From Nitrosopumilus sp. (GTDB taxonomy: Archaea; Thermoproteota; Nitrososphaeria; Nitrososphaerales; Nitrosopumilaceae): a DNA stretch of 64,000 bases. A model generated the notes under the pieces. It made no database searches, was not told where the DNA came from, and was given only the letters and a program-made list of their open reading frames with translations. The DNA lies in the NCBI GenBank assembly GCA_965204345.1, contig OZ241981.1:896001-960000 (forward strand), in the 5' to 3' direction. Of the stretch, positions 1 through 10,085 are shown one piece after another. The first letter of the stretch is position 1. Every line of letters starts with the position of its first letter. The position numbers were made by a program, and so were the translations under genes.

Positions 1-1
1 A

Positions 2-280
2 AAAAAGATAGGCGAGAAAATTAAGGATGGAACCCTGAATGTAAAAGATATTAACAAAAAAGAGATTGAGTCAAATCTGTACACGTCACATTTGCCTCAA
101 TCATCCCCGGACATGGTACTAAGAACATCCGGAGAAAAGAGATTAAGCGGATTTCTCATGTGGCAAAGTGCATATAGTGAACTGGTGTTTATGGATATTT
201 TTTGGCCCGAATTTAGAAAAATTGATTTGATGAGAGCAATCAGAACATACCAAGAGAGAAAAAGAAGGCTGGGAAAATGA
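2..280 (+). CDS. uppS: cis-prenyltransferase (UppS family), 5'-truncated by window edge
   Basis: PDMVLRTSGEKRLSGFLMWQSAYSEL...WPEF...RRLG C-terminal motifs; frame open from window start. Confidence 0.93.
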   Translation, partial: KKIGEKIKDGTLNVKDINKKEIESNLYTSHLPQSSPDMVLRTSGEKRLSGFLMWQSAYSELVFMDIFWPEFRKIDLMRAIRTYQERKRRLGK

Positions 281-696
281 TTGAAGAGACATCAGCTGGA
301 ATCGTGTTATACAGAAAAGAAGGAGCAGAAAAATTATTTTTACTTTTGCACTACCCTTCTGGACATTGGGATTTTGTGAAAGGAAAGATGGAAAAGGGTG
401 AAACAACTCAGCAGACAGCAATCAGGGAAACAAAAGAGGAAACAGGCATTACAGATATCACGTTTTTGGAGAACTTTGAGGAATGGATTGAATACGATTT
501 TCAGTATCAGGGAGAACTAGTCCACAAGAAAGTCGTATTTTTTCTGGCTGAAACAAAGACTAAAGACATTAAAATCTCACACGAGCATCTAGACTACATG
601 TGGGCAGATTACAATGTGTCAATGGAGAAGACCACGTTTGATAATGCAAAGAGAGTTTTAACAAAGGCAGAGATGCTACTTTCCAAAACTTTGTAG
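277..696 (+). CDS. NUDIX hydrolase, Ap4A hydrolase-like
   Basis: Nudix box GKMEKGETTQQTAIRETKEETG; HWDFVKG and SHEH motifs. Confidence 0.9.
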   Translation: MIEETSAGIVLYRKEGAEKLFLLLHYPSGHWDFVKGKMEKGETTQQTAIRETKEETGITDITFLENFEEWIEYDFQYQGELVHKKVVFFLAETKTKDIKISHEHLDYMWADYNVSMEKTTFDNAKRVLTKAEMLLSKTL

Positions 697-1416
697 CTGC
701 AGATCTTTTGCAGTTTCAGAGGGATTATCAGAGTTTAAAATCGTTCTGCCTACAATTAGATATCTGGTTCCTGCAGAAATTACCTCTTTGGCACTGCCAC
801 CCTGGGTTCCGACTCCGGGGGAAAATATGCTTAGATTTTTGCCTGCTTTTTTAGAACACTGTTGAATGATTTTGGGAAAAGTGGCCCCCACTATAATTCC
901 ATCTGCTTTTGCAGCAAGAGCCCAATTCAAAAACAGTTGGTACAACTGCTGCTTTTTTCCCATCTTAACTTCCATATCATAAGACAATTTGGCCTCTGGT
1001 GCACTCATGTGACATAGGGTGATTACGCCCTTGCCATCTCTGTGTGCAGACTTTACAAGATTTTTCAGACTGTCAAGGCCCATGATGGGATTGGCAATGA
1101 CAGCATCAAACCCCAAGTCCCACAGGTGCTCAGTCGTCACCCTGTTTGTATTTCCAATGTCATTAAGCTTGATGTCGGCAATAGTTTGTAATCCATATCT
1201 GTGAGCTGTCTTGTTGATTCTGAGGATTTCCTTTCTGCCCAATGGAAGAAGAAGGTGAAAATTCAGCTTGATTGCACATAAAAAGGGATGCAACTGTTTG
1301 ATATTTTCAATGGTTTTTGCCTCTAATTTTTTAGTGGACAGATCATAATCATTGGCAAGAATTACTTTGCCATTAGTTTTAGAAATCTGTGAAAGCCTAG
1401 TTTTGAAGGTGACCAT
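676..1416 (-). CDS. pyrF: orotidine-5'-phosphate decarboxylase
   Basis: DIKLNDIGNT catalytic motif, SPGVGTQGG, IVGRTI. Confidence 0.95.
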   Translation of the reverse strand: MVTFKTRLSQISKTNGKVILANDYDLSTKKLEAKTIENIKQLHPFLCAIKLNFHLLLPLGRKEILRINKTAHRYGLQTIADIKLNDIGNTNRVTTEHLWDLGFDAVIANPIMGLDSLKNLVKSAHRDGKGVITLCHMSAPEAKLSYDMEVKMGKKQQLYQLFLNWALAAKADGIIVGATFPKIIQQCSKKAGKNLSIFSPGVGTQGGSAKEVISAGTRYLIVGRTILNSDNPSETAKDLQLQSFGK

Positions 1417-2077
1417 AGTCTACCAAGGGATGTGTGTCTTTTAATTTTATTATTTTGATATAAGAATAACCGTGTTCGGAGGGATTTTCTACAAAAACAG
1501 GTTCAGAGCCATTAGATGTAGAGAACTTTAAGAAGGGTTTCAAGGGATCAGAGTCCAATACAACATGGCAGAAATAAGATGTTCCCTTATCATCAAATTT
1601 CGTAAAGACACCGATTAGCCATTTATCATTATGCGGAAACAGGAATAACGGAAATGGCGGCTCCTCAGAACCCCAAGTGAGTTTTGCAAAACTTGAGATA
1701 TCTTCGAATTGGATTGGCTGATACCTATCAAGGGTGCCATTGCCAGGCTGTAATGTCTTAGGCAGGGATTTTATTTTAATTATTGGAGAATAGAGCTTGC
1801 TGGAATCAGAGGTGGTATTAACAATTTTAGATTCTTCTTGGCCATTTTTTAATCCATAGCACAGATAATGGCCGTTATTTTCAAAATGTGTGTAATATAC
1901 AACGGGTTTTTCTTTTAAAATGTCCATTTGTACGGACAAGATTTTTTTTCCGTCATAGTCATGCAGAAAGGAAACACGTGGAGGATATTCTAGTGCACAT
2001 GTGAGCCGGGTAAATTCCAAAATGGAATGAACCTGAATGTAACGTGGTAACCTATCAATAGTTTGTAACTTGTCCAC
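1397..2077 (-). CDS. hypothetical protein
   Basis: 226-aa ORF co-oriented between purA and pyrF. Confidence 0.75.
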   Translation of the reverse strand: MDKLQTIDRLPRYIQVHSILEFTRLTCALEYPPRVSFLHDYDGKKILSVQMDILKEKPVVYYTHFENNGHYLCYGLKNGQEESKIVNTTSDSSKLYSPIIKIKSLPKTLQPGNGTLDRYQPIQFEDISSFAKLTWGSEEPPFPLFLFPHNDKWLIGVFTKFDDKGTSYFCHVVLDSDPLKPFLKFSTSNGSEPVFVENPSEHGYSYIKIIKLKDTHPLVDYGHLQN

Positions 2078-2126
2078 ACGGACTAGCAGTTGGTAATCAA
2101 ATTAAACTTATCCAAAATATATGAGC

Positions 2127-3137
2127 CTAGCTTCTTCTGTCAATTACATCATTGACTGCTGGACCTGTTCCAATTATTGTGACAGGCGTGCTTAGCTTGT
2201 CTTCAATATTTGCAACAAATGCCTTTGCATCATCAGATAGTTCATCAAAGGAAGTTTTTCCTGCACAGTCTGAGAAGAGCACGTCTAATTTTGTAATGGA
2301 AATTTGTGTCGCGCCGTTTAGCATGACTGCACGCCTAGCCAAATCAAAGTCAAAGTCTGCAGCTCTTCTTTGACGACCGGTGACTGTGCCAAACTCAGAC
2401 CAGCCTCTTTTTTCTGCATCTTCTACGGAGAGCTCTTTATCAAGAGGACCTGTCCCTACACGCGTAACATAAGACTTGAAGACGATTATTACCTCATCGA
2501 CTTTTGTGGGTCCAAGTCCAACATCTGCACATATTCCAGAGGCAGTAACGTCCTTTGAGGTTACAAACGGATAGGTGCCATGCCAAAGTGAAAGAAAGGT
2601 ACCCTGGGTTCCCTCAACTAGAATATCTTCATTTGCATCAAGTGCAGAATTAATCTCCAAGGGAACATCTACAATAAGAGGCGATAGGGAATCAAAATCT
2701 TTGGCCAATTTTAAAACTCTCATGGCACGATCAGCATTTGCAGGTCCGGTTCCAGAGCCGGTACTTCCAATCTTTTCTTTGAGCTGGCCTTTAGAATCTC
2801 GAGCCAGATGGGCCTCCTCAATTACTCCGCAATGTTTGTCAATAAATGAGCGTCCAGATACGCCAAAATTACTAATCTCTTGGTTTAGAATATCAGGATT
2901 GATAACGACTCCTGGTCCAATCATTACCTTGGCACTTTTGTTTAAAAATCCGCTTGGGAGCATTCTCACCTTGTACAGCTTATCCCCATCACGTATGGTG
3001 TGGCCTGCATTTGGACCGGCACCGCCACGTACAATTATTTTTGGATTGTCTTTGATTGCCAAATAAGAGATGATCTTTCCCTTGCCCTCATCCCCAAAAA
3101 ATCCGCCAACAACCACAGTTGATGTCATGTCGTTCAA
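2127..3137 (-). CDS. purA: adenylosuccinate synthetase (short archaeal form)
   Basis: GDEGKGK, NAGHT, EGTQG, GTYPFVTS, GTVTGRQRR. Confidence 0.97.
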   Translation of the reverse strand: MNDMTSTVVVGGFFGDEGKGKIISYLAIKDNPKIIVRGGAGPNAGHTIRDGDKLYKVRMLPSGFLNKSAKVMIGPGVVINPDILNQEISNFGVSGRSFIDKHCGVIEEAHLARDSKGQLKEKIGSTGSGTGPANADRAMRVLKLAKDFDSLSPLIVDVPLEINSALDANEDILVEGTQGTFLSLWHGTYPFVTSKDVTASGICADVGLGPTKVDEVIIVFKSYVTRVGTGPLDKELSVEDAEKRGWSEFGTVTGRQRRAADFDFDLARRAVMLNGATQISITKLDVLFSDCAGKTSFDELSDDAKAFVANIEDKLSTPVTIIGTGPAVNDVIDRRS

Positions 3138-3161
3138 AATCTGTTTCGTTTATTTAAGCTA

Positions 3162-3668
3162 GTGTTTTTACATGATTTTATATTCGACACTAATTTACCT
3201 AGATCTGTGGTAAGCGAGAATTTTGCTGGAAACATTATAATTAATTTGGCTAACCTGCCAGATTTTCTGAGAAATCCAATTTTAAAAAAAAGAATGATAG
3301 AGTTTTTTTCATTGGAGGGATCAGAGAGGATAGAGGTCATAAATAATGCACTAGAGGCAGGCCCTACCATTCCTTTTCTAAATTTTTCAAAACTTTTCAA
3401 AACATGGCTAAAAATTTTAGCAACGCTATCAGAAGAACAGAGAGAGGGATTGTTTTCAGCATATATTGCACAGATTACGCAATCTCCTGAAAAATTGATT
3501 TCATTTAACATCGATGGGATTCTAGAGATATTCTTGACATTGGATGAGGATGAAAAGGTAATCCTTTCCAATACAATTAAGAGAATCATCAATGATCTAG
3601 ATGAGAATTCAAAGAGGCGAATGCTGCTAATTATACCAGAAAATGCTAAAAAGCACCTAAATTTTTAG
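3162..3668 (+). CDS. hypothetical protein (true start may be downstream)
   Basis: 168-aa helical-looking ORF divergent from purA. Confidence 0.7.
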   Translation: MFLHDFIFDTNLPRSVVSENFAGNIIINLANLPDFLRNPILKKRMIEFFSLEGSERIEVINNALEAGPTIPFLNFSKLFKTWLKILATLSEEQREGLFSAYIAQITQSPEKLISFNIDGILEIFLTLDEDEKVILSNTIKRIINDLDENSKRRMLLIIPENAKKHLNF

Positions 3669-3958
3669 GTGCCTGCTGCTGTAGTAGTAGGCTCGTCAGG
3701 TTTTCTATTATCCTCATTAGTATAGTCAATTACTTCGCCTTCCGGGGACAAGACTCCAACGAAGATTTTCTCATGTTTTTTCAATAACTTTCTATGATCT
3801 AGCATGGACATGTCAAGCTTCATCTCATTCATAACCATGATTTGGTATTCTTTCCACTCTGCCCAGCATTTGTTGCAAGTCGGGTATTTTGCAGCAACGA
3901 TTCCGAGATCCTCATTCTCAGGAATGGAATTTTTACATTTTGTGCATGTGCGGCTCAT
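3665..3958 (-). CDS. Fe(II)-trafficking YggX-like protein
   Basis: C..CWAEWKEYQIMVMNEMKLDMS resembles the YggX W..W...Q..LINE..L motif. Confidence 0.75.
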   Translation of the reverse strand: MSRTCTKCKNSIPENEDLGIVAAKYPTCNKCWAEWKEYQIMVMNEMKLDMSMLDHRKLLKKHEKIFVGVLSPEGEVIDYTNEDNRKPDEPTTTAAGT

Positions 3959-4115
3959 GAAAGTTGATAATAAGAAACTCCTTTTATCTTTTTTTGAATG
4001 TAGATGATGATACAGAAATTACCTGCTTATTTGTGTGCAAATACGTTTTTTGCATAAAAAAGTAAATCAATGCTATACGGTGTTTTCTCATGCTAGCTTA
4101 AGATGATTTCTTAAT

Positions 4116-4466
4116 TTATTGCATACTTTGATCTTTTACAATATGATCAATAAGTGTAGCGATATATGAGTCCTGTATTGAATTACCAGTTTTGCCATCT
4201 TTTCTTGTGTATGATCTATCGAAATTTACAAATCTGGTTTCACGAGACACGCTATCTTTAACATTATTCCATATTCCTTCAAATTCGTTATACGGTATTG
4301 GACCGCGTTGAGTTCCACTAGACTCTGGAGTTATGATAACTACTTTTTCTTCATTTTCCTTGGTTTCAAAACGTGCTTTGAATTTTTTACCTTGTTTTAA
4401 CGTCGCAAACTCTTGTTCATGACTTAATTCATCTTGTAGCAAAGTCCAGAATTCATTGAAAATCAT
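4116..4466 (-). CDS. hypothetical protein, paralog of 24321..24626
   Basis: shared FW..L..EL...EF.T.KQ.K.F.AR, EF..(I/V)W and SYI..L motifs. Confidence 0.7.
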   Translation of the reverse strand: MIFNEFWTLLQDELSHEQEFATLKQGKKFKARFETKENEEKVVIITPESSGTQRGPIPYNEFEGIWNNVKDSVSRETRFVNFDRSYTRKDGKTGNSIQDSYIATLIDHIVKDQSMQ

Positions 4467-4503
4467 TTACATTATCTCCTGTTTTAGTTTCTTTTTAACT
4501 ATA

Positions 4504-4929
4504 TCAAGATAATAAGATTTCCATTTTTTCACTTGATGAATCATAATCAAATTCTAATTCAGAATGATAAACCCCATATGCTTTTGTTACTGCAACCTGT
4601 TCACTGTTAATCAGTACAAGAGGATCAAAAATGGTATCTGATTCCACATATGCAGTAGCAAGATTATTTGGAAATAATATTGTTAATTTGTCATCATCAC
4701 TGTTGCCAGACATATCAAATAAAATTATGTCATTTTCTTCTTCATAATTAATATTTTTTAAAACAGTCTAACCATCAGTTAAAAAATAATCGACATTATA
4801 AAGAATGCCTGATTTTTCAATTTGAAAATATTTATTGTTATTTTGAGGCTGAACTTCCGTAATTATGGCAAAACCAAACAACACTACTGAAATCCCAATA
4901 ATCATAGAGATCAGAACAATTTTCAGCAT
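4504..4929 (-). pseudogene. interrupted secreted/surface protein gene
   Basis: signal-like MLKIVLISMIIGISVVFGFA from ATG at 4929; frame broken near 4770-4790; resumes as the 69-aa ORF. Confidence 0.45.
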
Positions 4930-5682
4930 GCTATTTTTCAGATTTAAAATAAAAAAAAGATTATGAGAGGAAAAGTTCCCAGTTCATTATTGGTCTTATT
5001 CCATAGACGGTATAGAATAGGCATGCCAGTATTCGTGTTAGTTGCGTGATATGCCATCTCATACAAATCTACATTCATCATTACCACGTATTTTTCAAAA
5101 TAATCTGACTAGTCTCAGATTCGACAAAAGACAGTGAGGGTATGAAAACAACTGACAAAATCATTGGAAGTAACAAAAACAACACTTCAGTAAAAAAATT
5201 TGAGGCATATTTCATAATGCTCGTATGGCGAGATATTTTTATCAGTATTCGTCATTATAATAGTTGATAACCAGATAAATGCATAAATAATTTGTGTGCT
5301 AATATAATATCATGTAGGCTAGAAAGGGAAATAACCAATACCCTCAGATTTGATTTGGAACAAGCATTGTTGTGTTGTTTTGTCATGTTTTTTGATGCCT
5401 ACAAAAAATATCCATTTGATTAGAAACCAAAATCACTAGTTGCAAAACAACCCATGATGCATTAAAGAAGCAAACTCCAAGTAAGAGAGATATGATAAAA
5501 GTAGAAGGTAAAAATGGATAGTAAACTATATTGAAAATACCTCACTATAAGGAAAGCTAGATTTGATTAGGTCTAGACAAGTTAGCAAAACCTAGATTTG
5601 GAAGTATATAGAGAAATACTAAACCACACACATAATTTGCCGCTTGATGAATGTAAAACAATAATAATTATCAAGGACTCAT

Positions 5683-5898
5683 GTGAACATGAAGATAAAG
5701 TGCCCAAAATGTAAGGAAGATGCAGAGCTGTCTATGGATTATTCGTGTGTAAAATGTGGCTCGTGTGATTTGGATATGAGTTATGGGGAATATGTCAAAT
5801 TTGTAGCTCACAACGAAGTAAGATATTCAGACATCCTGGGGGATTATGCAAGCAGCACGGAAGGCCATACATCAGGTTCGTTGGATGAATGGGATTAA
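5683..5898 (+). CDS. small zinc-ribbon protein
   Basis: CPKC...CGSC. Confidence 0.75.
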   Translation: MNMKIKCPKCKEDAELSMDYSCVKCGSCDLDMSYGEYVKFVAHNEVRYSDILGDYASSTEGHTSGSLDEWD

Positions 5899-5958
5899 CA
5901 AGATAGTGTAATCGTTCATCAGGTTAAAATAATTAGCTAAACATGCTTCAAAGTATCA

Positions 5959-6600
5959 TTGGAATTTTTATTAGAAAATATTCTTAATCTAGTAGGATTT
6001 TTGGTAGGACTTGCAATAGGAATAATGTCCTACATTGGATTTAGAAACACTGGAAGTCCTACGCTGTTTAGATTAACAATTGCATTCTTTTCAATTAGCT
6101 TGGGATTTTTTGTGATATGGACAGGTTACATGATAGAGGATCTTGTAACAAAATCAGGAAACATTGAGAGATGGATTCAGACTTTGGGTATTGCCATTCA
6201 AACAGTGGGATATTTTTTTATTGCATTTTCACACAGCATAAAATCATTTTTTCCAAAATCAAGCTATTTTAGATCAGTTGGAATACTTCCATTGTTCCTA
6301 GTATCATCTGTTCAGCTGGAACATATTTTCAGATCTATTTCATTTATTTTGCTAGTATATGGTGCAGTTGAAACAATGCTGTCATATTTTGAAAATAAGA
6401 ACAGGGGAGCAATGTCAGTTTCTGTTGGCTTGGGACTGTTGGCATTAGGGGAATTTTTGGGATGGTATTCATTTGTTTTCCCCGAATCAATTCTATATAC
6501 TGCATCAATGGTAATTAAGATTGGAGGACTGATAGCATTGTTTGTCCCGGTTAGCAAAGTGCCATTAACTAAGATAAAATTTGACGAAGATTTGGAATAG
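5959..6600 (+). CDS. multi-pass membrane protein
   Basis: about 7 hydrophobic segments. Confidence 0.8.
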   Translation: MEFLLENILNLVGFLVGLAIGIMSYIGFRNTGSPTLFRLTIAFFSISLGFFVIWTGYMIEDLVTKSGNIERWIQTLGIAIQTVGYFFIAFSHSIKSFFPKSSYFRSVGILPLFLVSSVQLEHIFRSISFILLVYGAVETMLSYFENKNRGAMSVSVGLGLLALGEFLGWYSFVFPESILYTASMVIKIGGLIALFVPVSKVPLTKIKFDEDLE

Positions 6601-6718
6601 ATCTTCTTCAGGCTCAAAATACGTAGAAAATAAAAAGTTGTCAAATTCTTTTATCTTTTTAGTATATTGGGAAATATCAGCGTATTCTCATAGAAACTAG
6701 AACAACAATACACGGGCA

Positions 6719-7006
6719 ATGGCAGAATACAGAACACACATGAAAATTATTGGGGATATTTTAGCAACAACACGAGATGATTTGCAAGACGAGGACGGGG
6801 CATCAGTTACCTACCTAATCAGAAAGGCAAACATTTCGCATTCTAGAATTTCAGTCATATTAAAGACTCTGGTATCACAAGGACTATTAGAAAAAGTTGA
6901 GAATCACGGTTCAAATAAATATAAAATCAGCGGATCGGGAAGAGAGTTTTTACAAGCATATTACACATTTACAAATTTTGCAGATAATTTTGGACTGAGC
7001 ATCTAG
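6719..7006 (+). CDS. winged-HTH transcriptional regulator
   Basis: YRTHMKII.DIL...KANISHSRIS..L..L...GLL...KYKIS.SGREFL; paralog of 18773..19054. Confidence 0.88.
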   Translation: MAEYRTHMKIIGDILATTRDDLQDEDGASVTYLIRKANISHSRISVILKTLVSQGLLEKVENHGSNKYKISGSGREFLQAYYTFTNFADNFGLSI

Positions 7007-7080
7007 TCACTTACCTCACCGAGTTCATCATCAAAATCATCTTCAAAGTCATTATTCTCATAATCATCTGTAACAGACAT
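7003..7080 (-). CDS. putative 25-aa acidic micro-protein
   Basis: ATG..TAG reading MSVTDDYENNDFEDDFDDELGEVSD; AT-rich upstream region. Confidence 0.45.
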   Translation of the reverse strand: MSVTDDYENNDFEDDFDDELGEVSD

Positions 7081-7159
7081 ATTTTTTAAAATAAGGCATG
7101 AACTGTTAAAAACTTATTCAAAAGTAAATGATAATTAACGAAAAAATCAAAGGAAAGTA

Positions 7160-7756
7160 TTGAAAGTAAATTGCGACAATGAGGGAGTCCGAACAGCTTT
7201 TCGAATTGTTAGCCAAGGCGGAATTATAGTATATCCAACAGATACGGTATATGGAATAGGATGCAATCCGTACAATACAGATGCAGTAAACAAAATATAC
7301 AAAATAAAATTGAGGGATGCCTCAAAGCCGGTTCCGGTTTTAGCATACTCCTTGGAGACTGCAGAAAAGATTGTCCAGTTTGATGAGGTTTCTAGAAAAA
7401 TGGCTGAACATTTTTGGCCAGGCCCATTAACTATGATTCTAAAGGTAACAGATGAAAAAATCAAAAAATCATTAAGCCTGGAAAATAAAATTGCAATCAG
7501 GGTTCCCAACCATCAATGCACGTTAAAGTTATTGAAAAAGTGTGATTTTCTGGTAGGTACTAGTGCAAACATATCTGGAAACTCATCTTGCACAAATCCA
7601 GAAGACTGTATAAAAAATTTGCACGATTATGACGTTATTGTGGATGGAGGAACAATTCAAAGCCAAGGAGAATCCACAATCATTGAAGCAAAAAACAAGG
7701 AGATCAAAATTATCCGGGAAGGTTCTTTAACTAAAGAGGAAATTTTACAGATATGA
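7160..7756 (+). CDS. tsaC: threonylcarbamoyl-AMP synthase (Sua5/TsaC)
   Basis: YPTDTVYGIG, KLRDASKP, FWPGPLT, TSANISG, ESTI. Confidence 0.94.
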   Translation: MKVNCDNEGVRTAFRIVSQGGIIVYPTDTVYGIGCNPYNTDAVNKIYKIKLRDASKPVPVLAYSLETAEKIVQFDEVSRKMAEHFWPGPLTMILKVTDEKIKKSLSLENKIAIRVPNHQCTLKLLKKCDFLVGTSANISGNSSCTNPEDCIKNLHDYDVIVDGGTIQSQGESTIIEAKNKEIKIIREGSLTKEEILQI

Positions 7757-8274
7757 ATCTGATAATTACCTGTCCCAGGCATCTTGAGGCAGAAACCGAA
7801 GAGGAACTGATTGATATCTTTGAGGAACTAGGCGATCCGGACATCAAAATTGTGATTACAAGGATGTCCGGAATTTTGACAGCCCAGACAAGGCTAGAAC
7901 CCATTGAGGCTGTAAGAAAAATCAAAGAAATGCTTCTAGATGAGCCATGGAGCATAAGATATTGCAAAAGAATCATCCCCATACAGAAAGTAATAGAATC
8001 AAAAATGGACGAGATTGAAAAAAATGTGGCAGAGTTATCCAGTCAGATTTCCAGTGAGGAAACATACAGAATATCAGTTGAAAAAAGAGATTCGGACTTG
8101 TCAAGCAGGGAAATGATTACAAAAATAGCAAGTAAAATCAAAAATCAGGTATCATTAGAATTTCCAGATAAGATTATCTTGATTGAAATTTTGGGAAACA
8201 AAGCCGGAATTTCCATCATAGAAAAGTCAGACATACTAAGTACTGAAAAAGCCAAGCGAAGTCTCTCAGAATAA
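7753..8274 (+). CDS. THUMP-domain RNA-binding protein
   Basis: TYRISVEKR...V.LEFPDKIILIEILG. Confidence 0.85.
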   Translation: MNLIITCPRHLEAETEEELIDIFEELGDPDIKIVITRMSGILTAQTRLEPIEAVRKIKEMLLDEPWSIRYCKRIIPIQKVIESKMDEIEKNVAELSSQISSEETYRISVEKRDSDLSSREMITKIASKIKNQVSLEFPDKIILIEILGNKAGISIIEKSDILSTEKAKRSLSE

Positions 8275-9039
8275 TACCGAAGCTTTCTCTACCAAAATAT
8301 CAGCCAGGGGATTTTTTGAGTTAACAGAGTCGGTATGTTTTTTTGTAATCTTAAAGTATTTTTTAAGATAATTTTCATTATTTTTTAAAAACAAGTCTGC
8401 AGAGAGAGGTTTTAGTTCATCATATAATGAATCTAAGGAATTTTTGTTTCCAATGGCAACTAACATAAAGTTAGTTTTAGGCCTGATTCCGACATTTTTT
8501 ATTGCATCAGAAATTTGAGCCGTTAAGCCAAATCTCATTAAGATGTCAGTCTCTAGTTTGTTTGAAAGTAGAACACTGTTGTTTTTAGATTCAATGGACA
8601 AAGAGACAATTTTTTTGAAATGATATGAATCCAAAATAAAATTACTGGATATGGCCTGGATTAAGATTCTAGGATATTTTCTTCGAAGTTGGTCAATGAA
8701 TTTGACATCAATTGATTTTTCTCCCTTTATTTCAGTGGCTTGGATTAGTTTGTTGGAAAATTCAAAAGTAAACTTTTTTGATGCCCCACCATGAATAATG
8801 GGGATTATGCTGACAAGATCATTGCTTTTTATTCTTGTAAATTTTCCATCCATTGCAGAAGAATCAGCCCCATTAATTGCAATTAAGACATTCTCAGTGT
8901 CAAGTTTCGGAGTGTCTTTTGGTTTTAGTTCCAGTAACAGTGTAACTAGTTCCTGAATTGAGATGTTAGATTTTTCAATTTCTAGATATCCGACTGGGAA
9001 AGACTTTTTTGCTCCACCAACAAATTTAACAGTAAACAT
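8266..9039 (-). CDS. ubiquitin-like (MoaD/ThiS/SAMP) domain fused to KEOPS subunit Cgi121
   Basis: N-terminal beta-grasp ending SIIPIIHGG; C-terminal LETDILMRFGLTAQISDAIKNVG Cgi121 motif. Confidence 0.85.
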   Translation of the reverse strand: MFTVKFVGGAKKSFPVGYLEIEKSNISIQELVTLLLELKPKDTPKLDTENVLIAINGADSSAMDGKFTRIKSNDLVSIIPIIHGGASKKFTFEFSNKLIQATEIKGEKSIDVKFIDQLRRKYPRILIQAISSNFILDSYHFKKIVSLSIESKNNSVLLSNKLETDILMRFGLTAQISDAIKNVGIRPKTNFMLVAIGNKNSLDSLYDELKPLSADLFLKNNENYLKKYFKITKKHTDSVNSKNPLADILVEKASVLF

Positions 9040-9073
9040 ATCTATTTTATCTGAATTTGGAAATAATAACTAA

Positions 9074-9574
9074 TTATTCAGTTTTCTCTTCTGTAATATC
9101 AGAAGGTTCTTCTTCTTGTTTAGGGGTTTCTTTTACTTTAACATCAGATACATCGGGCTCTGGCTCCAATATCTGGGGGTGAGACTCTTCTTGTTCAGGG
9201 GCTGGTTCAGCAGCATATCTCGGGTGGTTAGGGTGGTCGATTTCTGAGGGATGAGACTCTTCTTGTTCAGGGGCTGGTTCTGCAACAGTCTCAGACATTT
9301 GTGCAGTAACGATATTTTGAGTGATTGCTGTTTCAGATTCTTCGGCAGTTTGTTGTTCTGCTTTTGCAGCATCAATACGATCCTGCTTGGCTTTTTCTTC
9401 ACGAATTTCTTTTTTGATAAATTTTGTAATGTAACCTGCAATCTCATTTTTCAGACCTTTTGAGCGTACAATAGAAACTTCATCCAGGGCTTTTTTATTA
9501 TCAGCAAAATCTTCTCCAAATTTAGACTTGTGTTCGTCTAGAACCGTATCTGAAAGTCGTTTTATTCTATCCAC
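9074..9574 (-). CDS. rps17e: 30S ribosomal protein S17e with long acidic C-terminal extension
   Basis: F..DFADNKKALDEV..VRSKGLKNEIAGYIT. Confidence 0.92.
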   Translation of the reverse strand: MDRIKRLSDTVLDEHKSKFGEDFADNKKALDEVSIVRSKGLKNEIAGYITKFIKKEIREEKAKQDRIDAAKAEQQTAEESETAITQNIVTAQMSETVAEPAPEQEESHPSEIDHPNHPRYAAEPAPEQEESHPQILEPEPDVSDVKVKETPKQEEEPSDITEEKTE

Positions 9575-10085
9575 TGAACATGCAAAGAAGTTGGGGGTAT
9601 TTTATACCTTTAAAGGATAAAATCGTATCACGAGTCAATCTTTGGATGTTTTCATCGATTCAAACGAGTGTTAAATTTGGGTGTTAAGATGTTAGATTGA
9701 GGTGCTAAAGTGTATAATTATGATGCTAAACTCAAATCAAGAGCATTAAAATCACAAACAGATTGTTCTCTGATGATTTGACATCTTGTAATATTCCCAA
9801 AATTGTTCCCATCCTTAAGATATGATTGCCTGCAGCTCATAATTAGTCACACTGATAAAAAATATCATCAGATTTACGTATGGAATTAAGGTCCAGAATG
9901 CCAAGTATCAATCTTTGCAGAAATTAATGCATGTGGTGTATTGTCCTACACCTGAAACTATTACTGTAAAAATCAAAGAAAATCCAGAATATCTTGTATT
10001 GGATTCTATTAATGAACTAGCTGATGATTTGGATAAAACCTACCTTTCTTAGTTTAACTAAAATCAAACCCTGATTATAAAGACA

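Noticed and set aside
9780-10052. Decayed ORF or antitoxin next to S27e-PIN
   Set aside because: Coding-like but broken by stops, convergent with the gene, and has no recognisable motif.
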